In this document: in pieces, positions 9,838-17,978 of the stretch
How the letters are laid out: each line of letters opens with the position of its first letter
Position numbering within the stretch: the stretch's first letter is position 1
NCBI GenBank assembly: GCA_964370985.1
Contig: CAYJLE010000001.1
Coordinates: 191,629-255,628, forward strand
Reading direction: 5' to 3'
Length of the DNA: 64,000 bases
Origin: an uncultured Gaiellales bacterium
GTDB taxonomy: Bacteria; Actinomycetota; Thermoleophilia; Gaiellales; Gaiellaceae
The notes under the pieces: generated by a model
Databases searched by the model: none
Told to the model about the DNA's origin: nothing
Seen by the model: the letters and a program-made list of their open reading frames with translations, nothing else
Program-made: the position numbers and the translations under genes

Positions 9838-11016
9838 ATGCCGCAGAATGGGCCCGTGCACGGATCCGTCCGCGTCGCCTGCGTCCAGGCCGAGCCGGTG
9901 ATCCTCGACCGCGAGGCCACCGTCGAGCGGCTGCACGAGCTGACCGCGGAGGCCGCGCGGGGCGGAGCGCAGCTCGTCGTGTTCCCGGAGGCGTTCGTCC
10001 CCGCCTACCCGTCCGCGTCGTGGGCGAAGTACCTGGCCGGCTGGGCCGACCCTCGCGGCAAGGCCGCGTTCGCCCGGCTCGCGCTCGAGTCGGTCGAGAT
10101 CCCCGGGCCGGCGGTCGAGCGGATCGCGGCGGCCGCGAGCGAGCACGGCGTGTGGCTCGTCGTCGGCGTCAACGAGATCGAGCGCGACCGCCCCGGGACG
10201 CTCTACAACACGCTGCTGTTCTTCGCCCCGGACGGCTCGCTCGCCCGCAAGCACCGCAAGCTGATGCCGACGAACCACGAGCGGCTCGTGTGGGGGCTCG
10301 GCGACGGCAGCGGGATCGAGTCGGTGGAGACGCCGTTCGGCCGCGTCGGCGGGCTGATCTGCTGGGAGAACTACATGCCGCTCGCCCGCTTCGCGCTCTA
10401 CGCGTCGGGCGTCGAGGTCTACGTGGCCTCGACGGCCGACGACGGCGAGCGCTGGCAGTCGAGCATGGTGCACATCGCGCTCGAGTCGCGCGCCTACGTG
10501 ATCTCCTGCTGCCACTTCCAGGACGCGGCGCACTACCCGGCCGACTTCCCGCTCCGCGACGAGATCGCGGACAAGGGGCTGATCGGGCGCGGCGGCAGCT
10601 GCATCCTCGGCCCCGACGGCGCCTACCTCGCGGGCCCGCTCTGGGACGAGGAGGGGATCCTCTACGCCGAGCTCGACGGCACGAAGCTGCTCGAGGAGCG
10701 CCAGCGGTTCGACCCGATCGGCCACTACCACCGCCCGGACGTGCTGCGCCTCGAGGTCAACGCGCCCCCGACCGAGCCCCGCTCCGACGCGGTGCCAGGC
10801 ACGTGCCTGGCACCGGTCCTTCGCCCCTACGGTTCGGGCTCGCCGTGTCCGGGGCGGGGAACGGTGCCCACCCCACGTCGGCGAGCGTGCCGAGGCTCGT
10901 GGCGAGCACGCCCGCCTCGGAGAGCGTGTACAGCGTCTCGCCGAGAACGAGCGAGCGGCGGATCGAGACGGGCCAGCCCGGGCCCCACAGCGGGTCAGGA
11001 GGGGCCGCGTGGGTGA
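9838..11016 (+). CDS. nitrilase / carbon-nitrogen hydrolase with R/P-rich read-through tail
   Basis: Glu-Lys-Cys triad contexts VVFPEAF, HRKLMPT, LICWENY. The conserved domain ends near 10785. The frame has no stop until 11016, so it overlaps the convergent gene by 260 nt. Confidence 0.8.
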   Translation: MPQNGPVHGSVRVACVQAEPVILDREATVERLHELTAEAARGGAQLVVFPEAFVPAYPSASWAKYLAGWADPRGKAAFARLALESVEIPGPAVERIAAAASEHGVWLVVGVNEIERDRPGTLYNTLLFFAPDGSLARKHRKLMPTNHERLVWGLGDGSGIESVETPFGRVGGLICWENYMPLARFALYASGVEVYVASTADDGERWQSSMVHIALESRAYVISCCHFQDAAHYPADFPLRDEIADKGLIGRGGSCILGPDGAYLAGPLWDEEGILYAELDGTKLLEERQRFDPIGHYHRPDVLRLEVNAPPTEPRSDAVPGTCLAPVLRPYGSGSPCPGRGTVPTPRRRACRGSWRARPPRRACTASRRERASGGSRRASPGPTAGQEGPRG

Positions 11017-12790
11017 GCGTACGGAGCTGCTCGATGCCGCCTCGGCCCGCCCGCAGGAGCACGGCGCCGCTCCACCACTCGTCGAGGCCGGTCTCCCTGA
11101 CGATCTGGCTCTCGAGCGGGAGCACGACCGAGCCGGTGGCCGCGTCATAGAGGAACGCGTGGTGGTCCCACTCCGCCTCGGAGAAGCCGTCGCCGAGACG
11201 AAGGTGGTGCAGCCGAATCGGATTGTCCGGGTCGGCCACGTCGAAGACCGACACCTGGGTTCCGAGCACCCGCCCCTCCTCCGTCGCGTCCTGGCCAACG
11301 CCGAGCAGCAGGTGATCCCCGATCGGATGCAGGTAGGAGGAGTAGCCGGGGATGTGCAGCTCGCCGCGCAGGCGCGGCCGCTCGGGGTCGGCGAGGTCCA
11401 CGACGTGCAGGGGGTCGACCTGGCGGAACGTGACGACGTAGCCGAGCTCGCCGACGAACCGGACCGCGTAGACGCGCTCGCCGCGGCCGAGACCGCCGAG
11501 GCGGCCGATCTCGACTAGGCGATCGCCTTGCTCGGCGAGCGCCGTCACGGCGGTCTCGCTCTCGACCTCGTCGCCGCCCCACCAGAGCGGCGCGTCCGTC
11601 GAGACCGCGCGCAGGACGCCGTCGCGCTCGGACAGTGACCACTGCCCGAGCAGGTAGCCGGACACCGTCCCACTCGCCCGGTACTCGGTCACGCCCGACG
11701 TGGACACGTCGAACCCGTGCAACGCGGTCGTGACCGGCGGCGGCGGCGCGTCCGGCGGCAGGGTGGCCGGGTCGACCCAGCGCTGGGTGGCGACGTAGAG
11801 GCGCGAGGGGGAGGCGTAGACCGTCTCCGCCCCGGCCATGATCGCGTCCGTGTCGAGCGGGTCGACGCCTCGGTCGAGGTCGATCGTCAGCACGCTGACG
11901 ACACCGAGGTCGGAGAACGCGCGCGGCCGCCGGACGTCGCGGCACCTGACGAGCCGGCGGGACGCCGAGAGGCGGCCCTCCGCGTCGCGGACGCGGTAGC
12001 GCGGGAGCCAGCTCGCGATGCCGGAGCGCCTGATCTCGCGGCGGTTCTCGCGCTGCGCTGCGGCGAGATCGGCTTCGTCCCCGGACTCCGGGTAGACGAA
12101 GCCGAAGCCGGTCGGCTGCGAGCTCACGACCACGCGAACGGTCGAGCCGCTGAGGCGGGCCGCGACCAGGGAGGCGTCGATCGTGAGCGTGCGAACCACG
12201 CGCATCGCGGCCGGATCGGACACGTCCACCTCGGTCAGGAAGGTCTGGGGAACGCCCGGCCCGGGCGCGATGTCGCTCGCCGCCACGGCGACGTCGACCG
12301 GCAGCGGGTCGAGCCACCAGCCGCCGGTCGAGAGAACGAGCAGCCGGGAGCCGCGCAGGAGCAGCTCGTGCCCGAAGCCCTGCTCGAGCGGGAGCATCCC
12401 GACGACCGCCGGGCCCGGCCCGCTCGCGTCGATCGCCCGCAGCTCACTGCCCGCGACCGCGAAGATCGTCGCCCCGTCGGTCTTGGCGAGGTCAGGCTCG
12501 TCGACGCCGGGCTCCTGGACGTTCGTGCCGCTCGGCTCCGGCGCCACCGGCTCCGCCGCCCCGTCCTCGGCGCCGCTCTCCGCGCCGGGCGCCGGCTCCG
12601 CGTAGCCGCCGCTGCCGAGGCCCCACGGCCCGACCAGGCGCAGCGCGTCCCGCTGGGCGCGGGAGAGCAGAGCGCCGCAGGACTCGAAGGAGGGCAGAGC
12701 GGCCGCCTGCGCCGCTGGCACAACGAGCGCGGCCCCCGCCACGCAGGCCGCGTACGCCGACGCCTTTCCCATCACCCGCTTGACGCGCAC
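10757..12790 (-). CDS. secreted beta-propeller domain protein (COG4880-like)
   Basis: 677 aa. N-terminal signal-like segment AYAACVAGAALVVPAAQA. The repetitive beta-strand-rich body is typical of the bacterial/archaeal secreted beta-propeller family. Confidence 0.75.
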   Translation of the reverse strand: MRVKRVMGKASAYAACVAGAALVVPAAQAAALPSFESCGALLSRAQRDALRLVGPWGLGSGGYAEPAPGAESGAEDGAAEPVAPEPSGTNVQEPGVDEPDLAKTDGATIFAVAGSELRAIDASGPGPAVVGMLPLEQGFGHELLLRGSRLLVLSTGGWWLDPLPVDVAVAASDIAPGPGVPQTFLTEVDVSDPAAMRVVRTLTIDASLVAARLSGSTVRVVVSSQPTGFGFVYPESGDEADLAAAQRENRREIRRSGIASWLPRYRVRDAEGRLSASRRLVRCRDVRRPRAFSDLGVVSVLTIDLDRGVDPLDTDAIMAGAETVYASPSRLYVATQRWVDPATLPPDAPPPPVTTALHGFDVSTSGVTEYRASGTVSGYLLGQWSLSERDGVLRAVSTDAPLWWGGDEVESETAVTALAEQGDRLVEIGRLGGLGRGERVYAVRFVGELGYVVTFRQVDPLHVVDLADPERPRLRGELHIPGYSSYLHPIGDHLLLGVGQDATEEGRVLGTQVSVFDVADPDNPIRLHHLRLGDGFSEAEWDHHAFLYDAATGSVVLPLESQIVRETGLDEWWSGAVLLRAGRGGIEQLRTLTHAAPPDPLWGPGWPVSIRRSLVLGETLYTLSEAGVLATSLGTLADVGWAPFPAPDTASPNRRGEGPVPGTCLAPRRSGARSGAR
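10791..10814. terminator. perfect 24-bp palindrome between the conserved ends of two convergent genes
   Basis: GGTGCCAGGCACGTGCCTGGCACC equals its own reverse complement. Both convergent ORFs read through it, and each encodes PGTCLAP there. Confidence 0.45.
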
Positions 12791-12861
12791 GGTTGCCTCC
12801 TTCGTCGTCCGAAGTCTGCCCCTTCGACGGTCGCGATGCCGCGGAAGTTCCAGCGCGCGGC

Positions 12862-13758
12862 TCAGTCGACGACACCCATCTGTGTCCGCCGCGGGCGCGC
12901 GATCACGATCCCGGCCGCGATCACGACCCCGCCGGCGATTGCGAGCGGGCCCATCCGCTCGCCGAGCGCGACGACCGCGAACGCGGCCCCCAGGAACGGC
13001 TGCAGGTTCGAGTAGAGCGCGGCCCGGTTCGCCCCGACCCGCTCGATCGCCGTGAACCAGAGCACGTTCGTGACGACGAACGAGAGCAGCATGCTGTAGA
13101 GGAGCGCCCCCCAGGCGAGCGTCGAGATCGCGCCCCAGTCCTGCCCGGAGAGCTGCGGGAGCGCGGTCAGCGCGAGCGGCACCCCCGCGGCGAGCCCGAC
13201 GACCGCGCTGAATCGGTACGGCGAGTAGCGGCGCAGGAACCCGACCGCGAGCACGGAGTAGATCGCCCAGGTAAGCGGCGCCCCGAGCCCGATCAGGATC
13301 CCGCCGAGGTCGCCCGAGAGCCCGCCCTCGGCCTCCGCGGCGACGAGAGCGACGCCCGCGAACGAGACCGTCGCCGCCAGCCAGTGGCGGCGGCGGGCCT
13401 GCTCGGTGCGCAGGAGCAGCGAGGCCACGCCGACGAGCACCGGCATCGTCCCGAACAGGAGCGCGACCGTTGCCGCGTCCGTCCTCTCCACCCCGTAGGC
13501 GAAGCTGACCTGGTTCAGGTAGAGACAGACCGCCACGGCGCCGAACAGAAGCGGCAGGTCGCGTGTGCGCATCCGCAGCGTGCCCTCGTGCCCGTAGGTG
13601 ATCGCGGCGAACACGAGCGACCCCACCCCGAAGCGGGCGGTCGCGTAGGCGAGCGGCTCGAACCCGTGCGTGAGCGCGTACTTGATCACCGCGAAATGGA
13701 AGCTCCAGATCAGCACCGTGATCAGGAGCAGCACGTCCGCGGACAGCCGGTGGCGCAC
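12862..13758 (-). CDS. EamA/DMT-family transporter
   Basis: GTG start at VRHRLSADVLLLITVLIWSF. About 10 hydrophobic segments with a two-EamA-repeat layout. 298 aa. Confidence 0.8.
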   Translation of the reverse strand: MRHRLSADVLLLITVLIWSFHFAVIKYALTHGFEPLAYATARFGVGSLVFAAITYGHEGTLRMRTRDLPLLFGAVAVCLYLNQVSFAYGVERTDAATVALLFGTMPVLVGVASLLLRTEQARRRHWLAATVSFAGVALVAAEAEGGLSGDLGGILIGLGAPLTWAIYSVLAVGFLRRYSPYRFSAVVGLAAGVPLALTALPQLSGQDWGAISTLAWGALLYSMLLSFVVTNVLWFTAIERVGANRAALYSNLQPFLGAAFAVVALGERMGPLAIAGGVVIAAGIVIARPRRTQMGVVD

Positions 13759-13794
13759 GGCCGCGAGGATACCCCGATGGTAAGGTGCTGACCG

Positions 13795-14073
13795 ATGGCG
13801 GCGACGCGCGACCCGACGATCGCGGACGTCCAGGCGCTCGTCTGCGCAGCGACGCCGCACTTCGCGTTCCAGATTCGCGCCCGCGTACGTGACCTGATCC
13901 GGGGCCTCGGCCCCGAGCATCCCACGCGCCGCTTCGGCGAGGAGCAGATCGCGCTGCTCGAGCGGCTCGGCTACGCCACCTCCCGGGCCGCGGAGGGACA
14001 GCTCGAGCCGGCGACCCGGATCGGTTGGGAGACGATCCCGAGCCACCGCCCCGTACGCACCGAGCAACGCTGA
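13795..14073 (+). CDS. hypothetical protein (92 aa)
   Basis: ATG ORF with balanced composition. Its TGA overlaps the ATG of the downstream SDR gene (TGATG), which suggests translational coupling. Confidence 0.5.
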   Translation: MAATRDPTIADVQALVCAATPHFAFQIRARVRDLIRGLGPEHPTRRFGEEQIALLERLGYATSRAAEGQLEPATRIGWETIPSHRPVRTEQR

Positions 14074-14819
14074 TGGATCAGCCCTTCGAGGGCAGGTCCG
14101 TCCTCGTGACGGGCGGCTCGCGGGGCATCGGCAGGGAGATCGCGCTCCGCTTCGCCGCGCTCGGCGCGGCCCGCGTCGCGGTCGGATACCTGCGCGGCGA
14201 CGAGGCCGCAGCCGAGACCGCCCGCGACCTCGCCGGGCTCGGCGCCGAGCCCGTGCTCCTGCGCGGCAACGTCGGCGACCCGGAGCGGGTAGCGGAGCTG
14301 CTCGAGCAGGCGGGGCCCCTCGACGTGATCGTCGGGAACGCGGCGACGGGCGTTATCCGTCCCGTGCTCGAGCTGGAGGAGCGCCACTGGGACTGGACAC
14401 TGAACGCCAACGCCCGCTCGATCTTCACGCTGGCTCGCCACGCGGCCCCGTCGATGCCCCCGGGCAGCTCGATCGTCGCGATCTCGAGCCTCGGCGCTGT
14501 CAGGGTGCTCGAGAACTACGTGCTGGTCGGCGTCTCCAAGGCCGCCGTCGAGGCGCTGGTCCGCTATCTCGCCGTCGAGCTCGCCCCCCGGGAGATCCGG
14601 GTCAACGCCGTCTCGGGCGGGCTGGTCGAGACCGGTGCTCTCGACCACTTTCCGAACCGCGAGGAGATGCTCGCCTACTACCGCAGCCGCACCCCGGCCG
14701 GGCGGCTGATCGAGCCCCGCGACGTCGCGGATGCCGTCTGCTTCCTCTGCTCGCCGGAGGCGGCCATGATCAGGGGGCAGACGGTCGTCGTCGACGGTGG
14801 GTACTCGCTGCTCGCCTGA
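14073..14819 (+). CDS. SDR-family oxidoreductase (Y-x6-K spacing as in FabI/FabL-type enoyl-ACP reductases)
   Basis: MDQPFEGRSVLVTGGSRGIG Rossmann motif. The catalytic segment YVLVGVSK has Y-x6-K spacing. Confidence 0.85.
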   Translation: MDQPFEGRSVLVTGGSRGIGREIALRFAALGAARVAVGYLRGDEAAAETARDLAGLGAEPVLLRGNVGDPERVAELLEQAGPLDVIVGNAATGVIRPVLELEERHWDWTLNANARSIFTLARHAAPSMPPGSSIVAISSLGAVRVLENYVLVGVSKAAVEALVRYLAVELAPREIRVNAVSGGLVETGALDHFPNREEMLAYYRSRTPAGRLIEPRDVADAVCFLCSPEAAMIRGQTVVVDGGYSLLA

Positions 14820-14873
14820 CGAGTCACGACCCGCCCCACGACGTAAGAGCAGCGGCGCGCCGTGCCAGGTACT

Positions 14874-14893
14874 ATTTCGTTGCGTAACGAAAT
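14874..14893. promoter_or_regulatory. candidate MarR operator
   Basis: ATTTCGTT-GCGT-AACGAAAT is a perfect 8-bp inverted repeat in an AT-rich patch. It overlaps the ATG (14892) of the MFS gene, which is co-transcribed with marR. Confidence 0.5.
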
Positions 14894-16346
14894 GAATGAT
14901 CGGAGCATCTATCCGCTCGGCAAGCGCCGTACCCTGATCGTCCTTGCCGGGACGCTCCTCGGCATGCTCGTTGCATCGCTCAACCAGACGCTGGCGGCGA
15001 CGGCGATGCCGATCATCGTCGAGGAGCTGGGAGGCCTCGACCACTACTCGTGGGTGTTCTCCGCGTACGTCCTCGGCGCGACCGTGTCGATTCCCCTGTA
15101 CGGAAAGCTCTCGGACCTCTACGGGCGCCGCCCGCTCTTCCTGGCGGCGATCCTGCTCTTCTCCGCCGGCTCGATCGTCTCCGGGCTCGCGTCCTCGATG
15201 GAGCAACTCGTGGCCGGCCGGACCGTCCAGGGGATCGGCGCCGGCGGCCTGATCCCGATCGGGATCGCCGTGATCGGTGACATCATCGCGCCGCGGGAGC
15301 GCGGCCGCTGGCAGGCCGTGAACGGCACCGTGTTCGCCGCCTCCGCGGTCGGCGGGCCGACGCTCGGCGGCTGGATCGCCGACAACGCCTCCTGGAGACT
15401 CGCGTTTTTCGTGAGCCTGCCGCTCGCCGCCCTCGCGCTCGTCGTCGTCTGGTTCGGCTTCGGTCGGCGGGAGCGTGAGGCACGGCGGCGCGTCGACTAC
15501 CCGGGCGCGATCCTGCTCACGCTCGGCACGGGCGCGGGCCTGGTGGCCGCGTCGTCGGGCGGTGTCGACTACCCCTGGACGTCTCCCGCGATCCTGCTCG
15601 CGCTCGGCGCGTCCGCTCTCCTGCTCGCCGCGTTCCTCGTTTGGGAGCGGCACGCACCGGAACCGCTCGTGCCCCTGCAGCTGCTGCGGGGCCGCACGAT
15701 CGCCACGGCCGAGGCGGCGCTGTTCGCCCTCGGCGCCGCGACGTTCGGCACCGTCACGTTCGTGCCGCTGTTCGTCCAGGGTGTCCTGCGCGAGAGCGCC
15801 ACGAGCGCGGGAGCGGTGATTACGCCGCTCATGCTGTCGTGGATCGGCGCCGGCGCGATCGCCGGTCAGGTGGTGGCCCGTACCGGGCGCCCGCGGCCCG
15901 TGCTGCTTGCCGGCCCGCCCCTGATCGCGGCCGGCTTCGTGCTGCTCGCGCTCATGGGCACCGACGCCTCCGTCGCGGACGCGATCGTCGGGGTCTCGGT
16001 GCTCGGCGCCGGGGTGGGCCTGATGATGCAGACGCTGGTCGTCGTGGTGCAGAACGCCGCGCCGCAGGAGCTCATGGGGGCGGCGACCGCGTCCGCGCAG
16101 TTCTCCCGCTGGCTCGGAGCCGCGCTCGGGGTGACCTTGATGGGGGCCGTCGTCGCCTCCCGCCTCGGCAATCCGTCGTCGGCGACGGCGTCCCCTGCGG
16201 AGCTGGCGGCAGCGATTCATCCCGCGTTCTTGCTCGCGGTCGGCACCGCCGTGCTCGCGTTCGTCGCCACGGTCCTGCTCCCGGACACGAAGCTGAGGAA
16301 GCGGTTCGACTCGACCGAGATCGCGCTGGCGACGCGCGCTCGATGA
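14892..16346 (+). CDS. MFS transporter, DHA2 (14-TMS drug:H+ antiporter) family
   Basis: Motif A-like GKLSDLYGRRPLF and about 14 hydrophobic segments. I prefer ATG 14892 (MNDRS), which sits on the AT-rich palindrome. The longest ORF starts at GTG 14862. Confidence 0.88.
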   Translation: MNDRSIYPLGKRRTLIVLAGTLLGMLVASLNQTLAATAMPIIVEELGGLDHYSWVFSAYVLGATVSIPLYGKLSDLYGRRPLFLAAILLFSAGSIVSGLASSMEQLVAGRTVQGIGAGGLIPIGIAVIGDIIAPRERGRWQAVNGTVFAASAVGGPTLGGWIADNASWRLAFFVSLPLAALALVVVWFGFGRREREARRRVDYPGAILLTLGTGAGLVAASSGGVDYPWTSPAILLALGASALLLAAFLVWERHAPEPLVPLQLLRGRTIATAEAALFALGAATFGTVTFVPLFVQGVLRESATSAGAVITPLMLSWIGAGAIAGQVVARTGRPRPVLLAGPPLIAAGFVLLALMGTDASVADAIVGVSVLGAGVGLMMQTLVVVVQNAAPQELMGAATASAQFSRWLGAALGVTLMGAVVASRLGNPSSATASPAELAAAIHPAFLLAVGTAVLAFVATVLLPDTKLRKRFDSTEIALATRAR

Positions 16347-16801
16347 CCCGCGAGGAGCTCGAGCGGATGGCGGAGGGGATCGTACGCCTGCGCGCCGAGA
16401 TCCTCCGCAGGCGCGACACGGAGACTCTCCCGGCGGCCGAGCTGACGACACCGCAGGCACTCGCGCTAAGGTCGATCGTGCTGGAGGGCCCGCTGCGGAT
16501 GGGCGCGCTCGCGGACGCGCTCGGCGTCTCGGTCGCGACCGCGAGCCGCACCGTGGACACGCTCGCGGCCCGGGGCCTGGCCCGACGCCAGCCCGACCCG
16601 GCAGACGCTCGCGCCGTGCGGGTCTGCGCGACCGCGCGCGGGAAGAAGGAGCACGCCGTGCGCCGCGAGCGGTTCGCCCGCGCCCTCGAGCGGCTGCTCG
16701 ACGAGCTGTCCGAGCACGAGCGCCGCCAGCTCGCTGCCTCGTTGGAGACAGTCGGACGGCTGCTCGCCCCGCAGCGGGACGTCGACAGGGAGGCGAGCTG
16801 A
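16343..16801 (+). CDS. MarR-family transcriptional regulator
   Basis: ATG overlaps the MFS stop (ATGA). 152 aa with a winged-HTH region LRMGALADALGVSVATASRTVDTLAARGLARR. Confidence 0.88.
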   Translation: MTREELERMAEGIVRLRAEILRRRDTETLPAAELTTPQALALRSIVLEGPLRMGALADALGVSVATASRTVDTLAARGLARRQPDPADARAVRVCATARGKKEHAVRRERFARALERLLDELSEHERRQLAASLETVGRLLAPQRDVDREAS

Positions 16802-17058
16802 ACCGGGCCGGGCACGGCCCCGCAGCCCGCCTCGCGCTGGCGGCGGGGATCGTCGCGTTCGCGCTCTCCCTCGCCCTCTACCTCTACACGCTCTCCCCGA
16901 GCCTCAGCATCGTCGTCGCGGCAGCCTTCATCGCCGGCGGAGCGGTCGGGCGGCGGCGGGCGACCGAGCCGATCGCGCGCGCGGCCGCCTACGCGTTCCT
17001 TGCGGGCGGCGTCGCGGGCGCCATCGCCGCGCTCGTGCTGGCCGCTCTGGAGAGCTAG
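16798..17058 (+). CDS. candidate small membrane protein (86 codons) lacking ATG/GTG/TTG start
   Basis: Open frame LNRAGHGPAARLALAAGIVAFALSLALYLYTL...AGAIAALVLAALES with nearly all third positions G/C and 2-3 hydrophobic helices. The only start-like codon is a CTG that overlaps the marR TGA (CTGA). Confidence 0.3.
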   Translation: MNRAGHGPAARLALAAGIVAFALSLALYLYTLSPSLSIVVAAAFIAGGAVGRRRATEPIARAAAYAFLAGGVAGAIAALVLAALES

Positions 17059-17061
17059 CCT

Positions 17062-17355
17062 CTAGCGCTCGCGCATGAACCCCTGACGCGCGGCTGACAC
17101 GAGCGCGACCGCCTCGGGGAAGAGCACGCGCATCGCGTCGCGGAGAGCGAGCGCCTGCTCGTCGACCGCCCCGGTGACGTCGATCCTCTGGAGGGCTGCG
17201 CCGGTCAGCTCGACCGCGGTGTTCAGGGTCAGCGTCGCGAACTGCTCGCGCTGCGACTCCTGCATCGCGTCGGTCTGGCGCTCGGCGAACTCGCGCAGGC
17301 CGCGCATCAGCTCCTCCGGGTCGCCTCCGAACGGGAATCCGAACCCACCTTCCAT
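17062..17355 (-). CDS. hypothetical protein (97 aa)
   Basis: ATG preceded by AAAGGAG. High GC3. No family that I recognise. Confidence 0.6.
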   Translation of the reverse strand: MEGGFGFPFGGDPEELMRGLREFAERQTDAMQESQREQFATLTLNTAVELTGAALQRIDVTGAVDEQALALRDAMRVLFPEAVALVSAARQGFMRER

Positions 17356-17375
17356 CCGGCTCCTTTCGCCTGGCC

Positions 17376-17924
17376 CTACACGAGGGGCAGCTTGTGGTTT
17401 CGCAGCACGTCCGACGCTAACGCTTCGACGGCGCCCGTGCCGGACGTCATCGCGGCTGCGAACGGCGAGCGGCCGACCTCGCCGAGCGTTCGCTCGAGCA
17501 GGGCAGATGCCGTCCCGACCGCGTCGAGGTACGCGGGGCTCGCGACCCGGGGCGGCGCGAGCACCCGCTCGAGCTCCGCCGCGGCCGCTACCGCCGCCTC
17601 GATCCCCTCCGGTCGCTCCGAGCGAGCGAGCTCGGCGAGCCGCGCTCCCAGCGCCGGCAGGTCGCCCCCGCCCGCGCTCTCCCCGGCGAGCTCGCAGAGC
17701 CCGACGATCGAGACGGCCTCCCGAACGACCTGCCGATCGGCGACCGGTTGGAGCCCGGCCGAGAGCGCGAGCCAGGTCAGAGCCTCATCGCAGCGGTAGG
17801 CGCACAGGTACACGCGTAGCCCCTCACCGGGCTCGGCGGCGACCACGCCGGCCAGCTCCTCGCCAGCCGCGAGGAAGGCGCGCGCTGCTTCGGCGGCGGC
17901 GCCCAACTCGTCCTCCAGGGCCAT
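17376..17924 (-). CDS. hypothetical protein (182 aa)
   Basis: C-terminal 182 codons of ORF 17376..19403, starting at MALEDELGAAAEAARAF. The rest of that ORF is the antisense shadow of the coiled-coil gene. Confidence 0.55.
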   Translation of the reverse strand: MALEDELGAAAEAARAFLAAGEELAGVVAAEPGEGLRVYLCAYRCDEALTWLALSAGLQPVADRQVVREAVSIVGLCELAGESAGGGDLPALGARLAELARSERPEGIEAAVAAAAELERVLAPPRVASPAYLDAVGTASALLERTLGEVGRSPFAAAMTSGTGAVEALASDVLRNHKLPLV

Positions 17925-17978
17925 CGGGACAAGGATAGTCGGCCGCCGGCGTCGCGCCGGTGGGCCTACGATGCCGGC

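Noticed and set aside
13971-16460. 829-aa ORF antisense to the SDR and MFS genes
   Set aside because: It has a charged R/G/E/D-rich low-complexity translation with no motifs. The plus-strand genes carry clear SDR and MFS signatures and GC3 bias.
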